A stretch of DNA of 64,000 nucleotides from a virus. Made by a program: the position numbers and the translations under genes. Shown in pieces: positions 1 to 8,924 of this stretch. How positions within the stretch are numbered: position 1 is the stretch's first letter; every line of letters begins with the position of its first letter. The notes under the pieces are model-generated. The model was not told where the DNA came from. It ran no database searches and was given only the letters and a program-made list of their open reading frames with translations. Where the stretch lies: IMG/VR virus record IMGVR_UViG_3300037852_000102, positions 7,546 through 71,545 of that record. One strand, given 5' to 3'.

Positions 1-46
1 TGATCGCGACCCAGCTTCATGAGCCGTGGGGCGATTACTTCAATTG

Positions 47-76
47 AAAAGGCCGCCCCGGAGCATCGGAGCGGCC
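47..76 (-). terminator. Rho-independent terminator ending the late/lysis operon
   Basis: Minus strand GGCCGCTCCG-atgctc-CGGGGCGGCC-TTTT just downstream of the stop at 99. Confidence 0.7.
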
Positions 77-434
77 ATTAACCACCAAGCCCTGAAAATC
101 AGGATGCAGGCGGCGCGTCGGTCGTGAGCCCGCTGGCCGCAGGTGCGGCAGGCGCAGCAGCAGGTGCCGGAGCGGGGGCAGGCGCGGGTGCAGCAGGGAC
201 TGCCGGGATCGTGTTCGCGGTGATCGCGTCCGCCGTCGCTTGATTGTCCGTCGTCAGGGTGCCAGCCGCCGCGTCAACGTCCGCCTGCACCTGCGCAAGC
301 TGGGCCGCCGTCGCGCCGCCGGACGCCTGCAGCGCGGCAAGCTGGGCCGACACGTCTTTGAGGGCAGAGGTGTTCGCCGCTAGCAGCGAACGGAGCGAAG
401 CCGATTCGGTCTGTTCCGCCGCGACCGCGGCGAG

Positions 435-442
435 TAACTTTG
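435..442. repeat. Left 8-bp target-site duplication TAACTTTG
   Basis: Identical to 2513-2520; abuts the left TIR. Confidence 0.95.
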
Positions 443-509
443 GGGAATTATATACTTGACTCCCTCGATTTTTTAAGGCAAAATCTGCCCATAAATCAGG
501 GGTTAGGCC

Positions 510-1418
510 ATGTCCAAGAGCACGATTTCCACCTTCCAGCTTTTTGAAATGTTCCCGGATCAGGAATCGGCCCGGGCATACCTTGAAGGTCGCCTTTGGC
601 CAAATGGCCCGCGTTGTCCAGTGTGCGGACTTGGCGAACGGATTACAGTTCGCAAGGAGGGCTACTATCGTTGCAACCAATGCAAGGAAGATTTCACGGT
701 GCGCACTGGCACGATTTTCGAGCGCAGCCACGTTCCGCTGCACAAGTGGGTTTACGCGATGTACCTGCTCGTGACGGCCCGCAAAGGCATCTCCAGCATG
801 CAACTGGCGAAAGAGATCGGCATTACGCAAAAGTCGGCTTGGTTCGTCCTGCATCGGCTTCGCGAAGCCTGCGGCGACAAACTCGAAAAGCTGCAAGGCA
901 TCATCGAGATTGACGAAACCTATGTCGGCGGGATCGAAGCTAACAAGCATGACCACAAGAAACTCAAGGGCGGGCGTGGTGCGGTAGGCAAAACCGCCGT
1001 CCTTGGAATGCGGGAACGTGGCGGGCGCACCGTCGCCATGTCGATTGAGGCGACCGATGCGGAAACAATTCAGGCTGCGATAGTGAATCACGTCGAAGCC
1101 GGTTCGACCATCCACACTGACGAAGCCGGTGCCTACAAGGGCATGCCCTTCGATCATGAGACCATCAATCATTCTGAAAAAGAATATGTACGCGACGGCG
1201 TAACGACCAACTCGATTGAGAGCGTATTCGCGGTTCTCAAGCGCGGCCTGATCGGTGTCTACCACCACGCCAGCGCAAAACATCTTGATCGCTATGTCGA
1301 TGAATTTGCATTCCGCTTGAATGAAGGCAACGTAAAAAATCACACCATGACGCGGCTCGATAGCTTCGTGACTGGAACGAAGGGCAAGCGCCTTACTTAT
1401 AAGGGGCTGATCCAATGA
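510..1418 (+). CDS. tnp: IS1595-family transposase
   Basis: Zn ribbon CPVC...CNQC, FTVRTGTIFE, EIDETYVGG, HTDE, TNSIESVF, YVDEFAFRLN. Confidence 0.95.
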   Translation: MSKSTISTFQLFEMFPDQESARAYLEGRLWPNGPRCPVCGLGERITVRKEGYYRCNQCKEDFTVRTGTIFERSHVPLHKWVYAMYLLVTARKGISSMQLAKEIGITQKSAWFVLHRLREACGDKLEKLQGIIEIDETYVGGIEANKHDHKKLKGGRGAVGKTAVLGMRERGGRTVAMSIEATDAETIQAAIVNHVEAGSTIHTDEAGAYKGMPFDHETINHSEKEYVRDGVTTNSIESVFAVLKRGLIGVYHHASAKHLDRYVDEFAFRLNEGNVKNHTMTRLDSFVTGTKGKRLTYKGLIQ

Positions 1419-1579
1419 CGCAGCAGAAACCGCCGAAAGAACTAGATGCGATTGCCGATATCGTTCTCGCCTATCGGCCAAAGCCAAAGACGAAAGCGGG
1501 AAAGCAGCGGAAACGCTTGGCGCGGAAGCTGTCACGTATTGCTCCAGTAGATCGCGCCAAGAAGGAACGCGAGTATTAG
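1415..1579 (+). CDS. Small basic IS passenger protein (54 aa)
   Basis: ATGA-coupled to the transposase stop; MTQQKPPKELDAIADIVLAYRPKPK. Confidence 0.6.
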   Translation: MTQQKPPKELDAIADIVLAYRPKPKTKAGKQRKRLARKLSRIAPVDRAKKEREY

Positions 1580-1598
1580 CGACCAGACTACAAAAGCA

Positions 1599-2429
1599 AT
1601 GCAACAGGTGCGAAAGCCGTTTTTGCCCGCATGGTATCTGCCGAACGGGACAAAGTACGCCCATGAAAATGAATTAGAGGGCGCATCCGGTTCGTGCGAA
1701 CGCTGGAGTATTTGGTGCGGTTTTCTGGTCATCGTCGGTATCATCGCAGAATTTGCCATTGCCATGATTGAGCCGCCGTATGGCCTGTTTTTGAAGCTTT
1801 CAGCCGTTCCCGACGCGGGAGTCGCCATAGGCATCGTCGGCGAAGTGCTGTTCGGCATATTGAACAACAGACTCCAAACCGAATTGCGAGCTAGATCAAA
1901 CGCGAAACTTTCCGAAGCTATCGAGCGCGCCGCAAAAACTGACTTGGCGCGCGTCGAGTTAGAAAAACAATTGTCAGCACGGACATTAACCCAAGAGTCA
2001 TTTGATATTTTGCAAAAACTCAAGGGAAAAATCCCCGCTGTCATAGTGGCCTCCGATGCAGATTCGGAACCGGCATGGTTTGCTAATATAATCGCGATTG
2101 CTCTCCAAAAAGCTGGAATCGATGTTGGTATAGTTACGCGCGGAGCGCATGCGCATAGCACTGCGAATTTTGTTTGTGATAGGCGAGCATTTTCTAACCC
2201 AGATGGCGAGCCAACGAATGGCGAACCGCTAGTCAGCATCTTCAAGGAAGCAGGTATCCCGCTGGACGGAATCTCAGCCGTCCGCCCCATGGATTTGCCA
2301 GAGGACAATCCAGATGTCCCAATGATCGTAATCGGCGGTCGGTTTATCATCCCGCCTAATCCGCCGTACCTCGGGCCAAATAATTCTGCACCCCCGGCAA
2401 CGATGCTTGAGAGAATTAGAAACCCGTAA
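1599..2429 (+). CDS. IS passenger membrane protein (2 TM, coiled coil, soluble domain)
   Basis: 276-aa ORF inside the TIRs with two hydrophobic segments. Confidence 0.75.
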   Translation: MQQVRKPFLPAWYLPNGTKYAHENELEGASGSCERWSIWCGFLVIVGIIAEFAIAMIEPPYGLFLKLSAVPDAGVAIGIVGEVLFGILNNRLQTELRARSNAKLSEAIERAAKTDLARVELEKQLSARTLTQESFDILQKLKGKIPAVIVASDADSEPAWFANIIAIALQKAGIDVGIVTRGAHAHSTANFVCDRRAFSNPDGEPTNGEPLVSIFKEAGIPLDGISAVRPMDLPEDNPDVPMIVIGGRFIIPPNPPYLGPNNSAPPATMLERIRNP

Positions 2430-2512
2430 AGAAGCGCGCCACCCTGTCGGAGGCCGATTCTGGATAGCCGAAATTTTGAGAAAAAATTAAGGGAGTTAAA
2501 TATATAATTCCC

Positions 2513-2520
2513 TAACTTTG
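2513..2520. repeat. Right 8-bp target-site duplication TAACTTTG
   Basis: Identical to 435-442. Confidence 0.95.
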
Positions 2521-2633
2521 AGGTGTCGATGGCCATGGCGCTGAGCTTCCCTATGATGATGGAAAATCGCGGATCGTCCGCATATTTATGGTTGATGGTG
2601 AATTGCATCGTGCAAGGTCTAGCGCAAAACCAG

Positions 2634-2777
2634 TCAGCCGTAAATCCGTCCTATCACGATTGCCACCGCGATCATAAACAGCGTCGCGAGGATCAGGATG
2701 TCTTGGGCGCGGGTCGTGTACTGCTTGGGACGAGCGGCCAAGGATTTCGCGCGCTCGCTGTGTGGGGGTTTGTTCAT
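2634..2777 (-). CDS. Small single-TM protein (47 aa)
   Basis: MNKPPHSERAK...ILILATLFMIAVAIVIGRIYG; GGAG upstream. Confidence 0.55.
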   Translation of the reverse strand: MNKPPHSERAKSLAARPKQYTTRAQDILILATLFMIAVAIVIGRIYG

Positions 2778-2931
2778 CTGTTTTTGTCTCCAAAACATTC
2801 AACAGCCTCGGCAGATACTACGTGGGCCGCGCGGCATCGGTGGCAGTCGGTCGATCTGAGATTCGCGGCCCCGGTCAGGCGTCGGACACTGGCCGGAATC
2901 GTTTTGATCTTCTATCGGGCACCGCTCCCGA

Positions 2932-3375
2932 TCATCGGCTGAGTCGCGCTGGAAAGTGGCCAGCGGTGAATACCCCCAGCCCTCCCCCGAACAAGGCTTG
3001 CTCTGCCGCCAGCAACATCGCGATCAGCACAACCGCGGCCAGAATGTATTTTAACGCTGGGGCCAGTGCTGGGAGCGCGATCCAGTCGATGACGAGATTG
3101 AGGATAAAGAACACGGCGTAAATCACGATGATCGCCACGGCAAATTCGATCACGTTGCCCGGGGTAATAACCGGCCCAGCACCGCCGCCGAACAGCACCG
3201 CCTTAATCATCAGCAAAGCGAGGATCGTCCCGGCGATGCCGAGCGCGATGCGCGCGATCTGTTTCATTCTGGCGTCGGGCACGATGCCGTCCAGCGCGAC
3301 ATAGATCATATAAAAAATGCCGATTAGTCCGACGACTGAAATTAAGAAATCGACGAGTCCGCTGCCGGTTGACAT
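2932..3375 (-). CDS. 4-TM membrane protein with an internally duplicated helical hairpin
   Basis: Four hydrophobic helices in two similar halves; GGAGGG SD. Confidence 0.75.
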   Translation of the reverse strand: MSTGSGLVDFLISVVGLIGIFYMIYVALDGIVPDARMKQIARIALGIAGTILALLMIKAVLFGGGAGPVITPGNVIEFAVAIIVIYAVFFILNLVIDWIALPALAPALKYILAAVVLIAMLLAAEQALFGGGLGVFTAGHFPARLSR

Positions 3376-3419
3376 AGAGAATCCCTCCGGGGGTGAGATG
3401 GTCCAATTCGGTCAGGCGG

Positions 3420-3608
3420 TTAAAGTTCCACCTTGCGGATCGCGACCTCGTAAATCACGCCAGTCTCAAATTCGATCCGGTCCTTGAGCAATTCCAGCGT
3501 CACATGCTCGCGACCGTTTCGCTGCACTACGGGTTTCAACAGCGCGATGGCCGAACTGTCAAAAGACACCGCCGCCGTGCAAATGAATTTGTCGGCAACC
3601 ATATCCAC
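3420..3608 (-). CDS. Hypothetical protein
   Basis: Fits the operon packing. Confidence 0.5.
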   Translation of the reverse strand: MDMVADKFICTAAVSFDSSAIALLKPVVQRNGREHVTLELLKDRIEFETGVIYEVAIRKVEL

Positions 3609-3612
3609 GCGC

Positions 3613-4119
3613 TTATTTTGCTGTTACCGGGACCATGATGCGCTGGCGCAGGCTTTCCAACTCAGCCCGAAGGGTTCTCACTTCCTCAATGATCGTGGGG
3701 GCAGATCGTCTGTCCTGTTCCTCGTTGCGCCGCTCAAGCCGGTCCATCCGGGAATCTAGAGCGGCCACGGTCGCAACAGCGTTAGTGCGGTGCAGTTGCT
3801 CTCCTTCGATGTGGTCGATGCGCGCGATGTTCTTTGTAATATCGCTTCTGATCCAAGCAAACTTGGTGGCCACAGTTTTCTTGTATTCGTCGTTGGTCTG
3901 AATCGAGGTGTAGAGTTTTGCAAGCTGATCGCTGTCTTTCTCACGCCCAATTTCCAGCTTTTCAATTCGTGCGCTCTGAGGCCCAATGACCGCCGCACCA
4001 AGGGCGCTCACTGTAATAACGACGGCACCAACAGCGCCGATCATCGTTCTGATCCAGTCCCCATTATTGGATGCTGGCATACGGTCGTCTCCCGCGCCCC
4101 GGCAGGAAGCGGCATTCAT
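3613..4119 (-). CDS. Single-TM coiled-coil protein (lysis block; start may be internal)
   Basis: TM IGAVGAVVITVSALGAAVIG followed by a long heptad region. Confidence 0.65.
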   Translation of the reverse strand: MNAASCRGAGDDRMPASNNGDWIRTMIGAVGAVVITVSALGAAVIGPQSARIEKLEIGREKDSDQLAKLYTSIQTNDEYKKTVATKFAWIRSDITKNIARIDHIEGEQLHRTNAVATVAALDSRMDRLERRNEEQDRRSAPTIIEEVRTLRAELESLRQRIMVPVTAK

Positions 4120-4128
4120 ACCCGCAAA

Positions 4129-4344
4129 TCACTTGATCGGCAACGCCGCGAGTCGCTGCCTAAGCAATACCCGAACCCGCAGCCGACCAAGAATTTCACA
4201 GGCCGATGGCAGTTCGGTCTTGCGGGCCTCCGCGCGCGCCACCTTCATGCGCTTCCGAACCCGCCATCCCTTCATGGACGCGGCGCGACGACTCTTGATA
4301 CTCATGGGCTTCCCGGCCTCGTTGTGCGCCGTGAAACAATTCAC
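4129..4344 (-). CDS. Small basic hypothetical protein
   Basis: GTGA overlap with the upstream gene. Confidence 0.45.
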   Translation of the reverse strand: MNCFTAHNEAGKPMSIKSRRAASMKGWRVRKRMKVARAEARKTELPSACEILGRLRVRVLLRQRLAALPIK

Positions 4345-4730
4345 TCGCGTTCGAAACTCACATACGCCAGACCGTCGACGAGTCGCAAGCCCAGCGCCAC
4401 AAACGCGCTCGGAGGTAGATCAATCGCCCGCTTCAATTTCGGATCAGGCCCGATGTCACCGATTCGGCATCGGATGCACAAGCCTGTTGCGACCGCACAC
4501 ACCCTCAGAACGGTGCCAAGCGGTTCGCTAGGCGACGCACAAACGAATCTCTCGGGATCAGGATCGTATGGCCGCAGCCGCTCGCCGGTCGATGCTATCG
4601 TGTCGTCGAAATGGCTGGCGATGCCGGGAGACGGTTCGCGAATCATAATCCTGCGCCATGCGTCATCGAACGTCCCGGCGTTCGCCGAACCCGCCCAGAT
4701 CGCCAACGCAACCGCGAGTGACTTCCTCAC
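4341..4730 (-). CDS. Secreted RlpA-like double-psi beta-barrel protein
   Basis: Signal peptide; TASTGE-like start, LGTVLRV, DIGP...RAIDLPPSAFVALG resembles the RlpA DRGP/IDLS motif. Confidence 0.75.
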   Translation of the reverse strand: MRKSLAVALAIWAGSANAGTFDDAWRRIMIREPSPGIASHFDDTIASTGERLRPYDPDPERFVCASPSEPLGTVLRVCAVATGLCIRCRIGDIGPDPKLKRAIDLPPSAFVALGLRLVDGLAYVSFERE

Positions 4731-5083
4731 AGCCCAGATTTGTGCGAGCTAGGGTGAGCCATCGTAGTCCGCATTTCCTGATTGTTGATGACTTGGTTTA
4801 GCAGCGTGTGCGTGTGCCGCTGGCCCTGATTAAATTCGGTCACGTTCTTTGCGATGTCGGCCAGAATGGCGTTCGTCTTGCGGCGTTCCTCGTTGGCGTC
4901 GTGCGCCTGCAAATAGGTGGGCATGTCCATCGCCGATACATTATTCGACATGCCCTTGCTGTCCCGCTCCCCGCGCCGCCACGCCGCTACCCCAAGAAAC
5001 GTAATGACGATGACGAAAAAGCCCTCGGCAATAGGCCATTTAGCCAAAATGCTTGGGTCAGTTGCCGCTGTGGGGTCTAACAT
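4727..5083 (-). CDS. Single-TM protein with coiled coil
   Basis: MLDPTAATD...GFFVIVITFLGVAAWRR. Confidence 0.6.
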   Translation of the reverse strand: MLDPTAATDPSILAKWPIAEGFFVIVITFLGVAAWRRGERDSKGMSNNVSAMDMPTYLQAHDANEERRKTNAILADIAKNVTEFNQGQRHTHTLLNQVINNQEMRTTMAHPSSHKSGL

Positions 5084-5486
5084 CCAAGGCCGCCCGATAT
5101 GAAATGTAGACCTCTGCCCCGGTGAAAGAACTCCAGAAGAAAACCATAGGCGACGGGAACCCCTGATTGATCGAAACGCGGGCCATTGAGAGAACGAACG
5201 TAAGCCACAAGATCGACCGCACGATGGCGCTGAATGACCGCAGCCGCGGTCCAATCCGAAGGGAACTGCCATTGGCGATCAACGCGACGATGCCTGTGAT
5301 TCCTATCGCCACGAACGCCAGTGCGGTCGCAATCTCTCCGATGTTCAAAACCAGCACCCGCAAAATGCTCCCTTGTGCGATCATCGGCCATATCAGAATC
5401 GAAACCCCGAGCATGATCATCGGCACAGAAAATGCCCACTCAAACAGCCTCGCGTCAAGGTAGTACGTTATGGGTTTCGAAACCAC
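5058..5486 (-). CDS. 4-TM membrane protein (holin-like candidate)
   Basis: Four hydrophobic segments, lysis-block context. Confidence 0.65.
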   Translation of the reverse strand: MVSKPITYYLDARLFEWAFSVPMIMLGVSILIWPMIAQGSILRVLVLNIGEIATALAFVAIGITGIVALIANGSSLRIGPRLRSFSAIVRSILWLTFVLSMARVSINQGFPSPMVFFWSSFTGAEVYISYRAALDVRPHSGN

Positions 5487-5492
5487 AGTATT

Positions 5493-5870
5493 TTACCCGA
5501 TATTCGGATTCGGCGTGGCGCGGTCGATGTAATTTTGCTCTTGCTCCGGCGTCATCTTGGGAGCGCCGACGATTTGACGAGTGATATTTTCGGCATGGGC
5601 GCGGGCTACCGCAGGGGTGACCGTTCCAATCGGAGCCGCAGCGACGAAATCCTTGACGGCCTTGGCCAGATCGGGCGCGGCTTTCTCAGCCGCAGCGAGC
5701 GCGCCCGGGCCTTCCGTCGCCGCCTCCTGAATGACGGGGCCGACCGCCACAAGCTGATCCTCGTGCGTTTCCAGAAATCCGATCAGGCCAGCATATTCGG
5801 GGTGCAGCCAACCGAGAACGTGCAGCATTCCGTCGGTGGCTTGTTTGTTGATAGCCATGGCATCCTCCAA
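5493..5870 (-). CDS. Hypothetical Ala-rich helical protein
   Basis: GGAGG SD before MAINKQ; GC3-rich codons. Confidence 0.65.
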   Translation of the reverse strand: MEDAMAINKQATDGMLHVLGWLHPEYAGLIGFLETHEDQLVAVGPVIQEAATEGPGALAAAEKAAPDLAKAVKDFVAAAPIGTVTPAVARAHAENITRQIVGAPKMTPEQEQNYIDRATPNPNIG

Positions 5871-5914
5871 ATTGTTGGGGCGGTACGACGCGCCGCCCCT
5901 CGCGAAACGCTATA

Positions 5915-6619
5915 TCACCATTCGATGATGGAGCCGACTCGGAACTCGGAGCCGCGTTTGATGCACCCGACGACTACACCAATGCACGTCTGCGTGCTCG
6001 GCAACGTGTATTCGGCGAAAGCGTCGAACACGAGGCCGTTGGAAAGCCGCGTCTTGGTCCCGATCTGGAATCCGCCCGAGAGCAAATATTGCTTGTTGCT
6101 CGCCAGTCCGATTGCCACGCCCGTGTCATCCTGATGGAAGGCCAACGCGAGATAGGGATTAGTCGTCACCACGTTGACGCCGGTCGGAAGCGGGATCAGC
6201 GACGGCACCGCGTTCTGCAGCGAACTGAGCCCCGGAACCAGAGCAATAAGCTGATTGATCGGAGCGCCAAAGCCGAACCGCTCCATGAAACTCGCTGGCC
6301 CCGTGGCATTGAATCCGTTCCCCGAGCCGTTGAGGTTGGCGAAATCGCCGCTACCATCGGCGAACCAATAGGCGGCACCAACCGGGCAAGTATAGCCGAT
6401 AGTCAGGCCGACCGCGCCCTGCACGATTTGCGTGCCAATCGCGGCGTTTGACACCGAGCCGGTCGAACCCATCGTGTTGACGCCGTAGTACATGCCGCAC
6501 TTGAGGCTCGGATAGGCGAAGGAGATGGGCGGAGCTTTGACCGGCAGATCGGCAGCGAGTGCAGCAGACCCGGCGAGCAAAGCCGACGCGAAAGCAAAAC
6601 TGCGAAGCAAGTTTTTCAT
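5915..6619 (-). CDS. Outer-membrane beta-barrel protein (Omp25/RopB-like)
   Basis: Signal peptide then ADLPVKAP, GMYYGVN, alternating beta-strands, C-terminal Trp. Confidence 0.8.
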   Translation of the reverse strand: MKNLLRSFAFASALLAGSAALAADLPVKAPPISFAYPSLKCGMYYGVNTMGSTGSVSNAAIGTQIVQGAVGLTIGYTCPVGAAYWFADGSGDFANLNGSGNGFNATGPASFMERFGFGAPINQLIALVPGLSSLQNAVPSLIPLPTGVNVVTTNPYLALAFHQDDTGVAIGLASNKQYLLSGGFQIGTKTRLSNGLVFDAFAEYTLPSTQTCIGVVVGCIKRGSEFRVGSIIEW

Positions 6620-6735
6620 GACATTACCCCTGATTGAATGTTGACAGTGCGGGCACGCTAGGGCGGCAACTGATTCGCCTCTACCGCGCGCAAGCCGTCA
6701 AACTCATTTCCTCAGCGAGTGCGACCTTTTTGCAA

Positions 6736-7458
6736 CTACGCCTTGGGAGCCGCCGCGCTCGGGGTCGCGGGAGATAACGGCGACGGCGGCGATGCCGGAA
6801 CGCCTGACGCAACCGCCGTGGCCGCCGCGTCCAGATTGGCCAGCATCTTGGCCGCGCGCGCCCGTATCGCTTCCTCGGCTGCCGGGCTTGTCGGGTCGAC
6901 GCCGATGGCCTTGAGCGTGTCTGAACCGTGTTCCTTGGCATAGGCTACCGCACTCGCCATTACCTGATTTTTCACCTCATAGGTGAGTTTGCCCGAGAGG
7001 TTCGCCTGCGCGTCGTGCGCCCCGAGCGCAACGCCGTTTTCCACAATCTCCTGAAACTTGGCCCGCTGGGCGTCGCTCGTGGTCAGCCCGAGCCGCGCTC
7101 GCAATTTCACGTAGAGGTCGACCAACGCCGCTGCAATGAGCGGCATCAGAATCGGCACCATCCACTCAATGATCGCACCCGCGTAGTCCCCGAACGCCAC
7201 AGTTTCCTTGGGCGGCGTCGGCTGGGTCACGGTGACCACAGGGGCGGGCGTGGGAGCGTCGAACGTCGCGGGCGGCTGCTGGATCGTGATGTTCGGCATG
7301 GGCACCGGCGGCCCTGCCTGCGCCAGCAGCGGCATGTTGTCGTTCGACCGTGACAGCACGAGCAATGGCATATTGTCGGGCATCGCCCGGTAATAGTCCG
7401 CTGCCATCGCCGACGTGCTCGCGATCACCGCCAGCGCCGCAATCAAAATCCGCTTCAT
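6736..7458 (-). CDS. Holin-like membrane protein with signal peptide and Pro-rich linker
   Basis: Start MKRILIAALA; TM then RAKFQEIVENGV...AVAYAK region reminiscent of LL-H-type holins. Confidence 0.6.
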   Translation of the reverse strand: MKRILIAALAVIASTSAMAADYYRAMPDNMPLLVLSRSNDNMPLLAQAGPPVPMPNITIQQPPATFDAPTPAPVVTVTQPTPPKETVAFGDYAGAIIEWMVPILMPLIAAALVDLYVKLRARLGLTTSDAQRAKFQEIVENGVALGAHDAQANLSGKLTYEVKNQVMASAVAYAKEHGSDTLKAIGVDPTSPAAEEAIRARAAKMLANLDAAATAVASGVPASPPSPLSPATPSAAAPKA

Positions 7459-7564
7459 GTGATTCGCTCCCCAAATGTCAATCAACGGGTTGTAACGCGG
7501 ATTGCTGGATTTGTCGCCTGCTATTTGGTATCCGTAATCGGACCAAACAAAGTTGGTATTTGCC

Positions 7565-8098
7565 ATGATCTTACACAACAAAATATGCCAAGTTTGCAAC
7601 GTCGCGTTCACTACGATTCGCAAGCGGCAGAAAACTTGCGGCAACAAATGCGGCGGTGGCCTTGGCGGAAAGGCCCCCAGCAAGCGCACCTGCCCGTGCG
7701 GACAGCCAGCTTCTAAAAAAGGGTGGTGCGCGAAGTGTTCCCTTGACCGTAAGCGACAAAGCCGCCGCAATTTTTACTACCGCCATCGGGAAAGCATCAA
7801 GGACGACCATCGCACGCAGTACGCCACCGACCCAGCCAAACGAGAAATGATTCTCGCTTACTCAATTAAAAAACGGTTCAATGGATTGCGCGAAGCGCGC
7901 CTCAAACTTGATAACTACGCTTGCCAAAAATGCGGTTCCAAAGAAAAGATTCTCGTTCACCACAAAAAACGGCGCGCCAATCGAAACAAAAAGGACGTAG
8001 AAAGCACGATTAACGATCTACTTACTCTATGCCGATCCTGCCATTTCAGACTGCACTATGAGGCAGGCCATCTAAAGCCTTCCGCAAAGCGGCTATAG
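7565..8098 (+). CDS. Free-standing HNH endonuclease, antisense to the late operon
   Basis: CxxC ribbons, DNYACQKCG...VHHK...LLTLCRSCHFRLH; lower GC. Confidence 0.85.
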   Translation: MILHNKICQVCNVAFTTIRKRQKTCGNKCGGGLGGKAPSKRTCPCGQPASKKGWCAKCSLDRKRQSRRNFYYRHRESIKDDHRTQYATDPAKREMILAYSIKKRFNGLREARLKLDNYACQKCGSKEKILVHHKKRRANRNKKDVESTINDLLTLCRSCHFRLHYEAGHLKPSAKRL

Positions 8099-8915
8099 TG
8101 ATTTCGCCACACAATCCGTCCACTTCCAGCCCCTTCCATTTCTGGAACGCCATCACGGCCAGCCGGGTGATTCGGTCGTAATTGTTGTTCGCCGGAAGCG
8201 GCGGCGTGCAGCCGAGCGCGTTCAATGCGCCGTGGATTTGCACGGTCGACATGGTGCCACCGCCATGGCCAACCGGCGGCGGGGATGGCGCGGCCACCAC
8301 CGTGTGAGCCGTTACGGTCGGCAGCGCCCGCCGCAGCGCGAGGTCCGGCGCAAGTTCGGCAATCGCGAGCATCACCGCGACGCAGCCCAACTGCGTGTCG
8401 TAAGCGTTCGGATTCCACACGCCATCGGAGACATACTTGCCGCCGTTGTAGATGTTCGTTCCCGCCCAATTGTAGCCGGTGTGCTTGCCGTGCGCACGCG
8501 GCCCAAATCCGTTGAAGGCTTCCCACTCGTAAACAGCGCGCTCTTGCGTCCAGCCCTCGGACTGCGCAGCCACCTTGTCCAAACCGTCAATGTGAAACGC
8601 CGTCTGCGCCCCCGCCTCGAACGTCGCCCACGGGCCATAGCCGCGTGGCACCAGCGTTGTCTTGTGGCTCGTACCGATGATCTTTTCGCCGTTGCACAGC
8701 GCACACCGGAAATCACCGCTGCACTCCCGCTCGTGAATGCAGGCGTCCGGCACCACCAGCACCGTCGTGAGTGTCTGGATTTCCTCGTACCGCGTGCGCG
8801 AGGTCAGCAACCGCTTGCCGACCGCCAGCGCCGTGGGCCTGATCGCCGGGAGAATGTGCGCGCCCGAAAGCAGCGCGGCGTTTTCCAGTTTTAGAGTTTC
8901 GTAAGGATGCTGCAT
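8046..8915 (-). CDS. Endolysin: lysozyme-family domain plus peptidoglycan-binding domain
   Basis: IHEREC, EAFNGFG, YNWAGT, GKYVSDG, QLG; C-terminal AVMAFQ...GLEVDGLCG. Confidence 0.9.
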   Translation of the reverse strand: MQHPYETLKLENAALLSGAHILPAIRPTALAVGKRLLTSRTRYEEIQTLTTVLVVPDACIHERECSGDFRCALCNGEKIIGTSHKTTLVPRGYGPWATFEAGAQTAFHIDGLDKVAAQSEGWTQERAVYEWEAFNGFGPRAHGKHTGYNWAGTNIYNGGKYVSDGVWNPNAYDTQLGCVAVMLAIAELAPDLALRRALPTVTAHTVVAAPSPPPVGHGGGTMSTVQIHGALNALGCTPPLPANNNYDRITRLAVMAFQKWKGLEVDGLCGEITIAALRKALDGLPHSAV

Positions 8916-8924
8916 GGCCGACTC

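Larger units (their letters stand above)
443..2512 (+). mobile_element. IS1595-family insertion sequence (ISNwi1-like ends) with passenger genes, 2070 bp
   Basis: 23-bp TIRs GGGAATTATATACTTGACTCCCT (443-465) and revcomp GGGAATTATATATTTAACTCCCT (2490-2512), 8-bp TSD, transposase inside. Confidence 0.95.
99..2608 (-). pseudogene. Ala/Pro-rich coiled-coil late protein interrupted by an IS1595 element
   Basis: Removing 443-2520 (IS plus one TSD copy) joins MQFTINHK...MAIDTSKL to LAAVAAEQTESASL...PAPAPA in frame. Confidence 0.85.

Noticed and set aside
99-1664. 521-aa minus-strand ORF
   Set aside because: Antisense shadow of the transposase fused by chance to the C-terminal half of the interrupted gene
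1532-2608. 358-aa minus-strand ORF
   Set aside because: Only the first 32 codons are the real gene; the rest is antisense to the IS passenger
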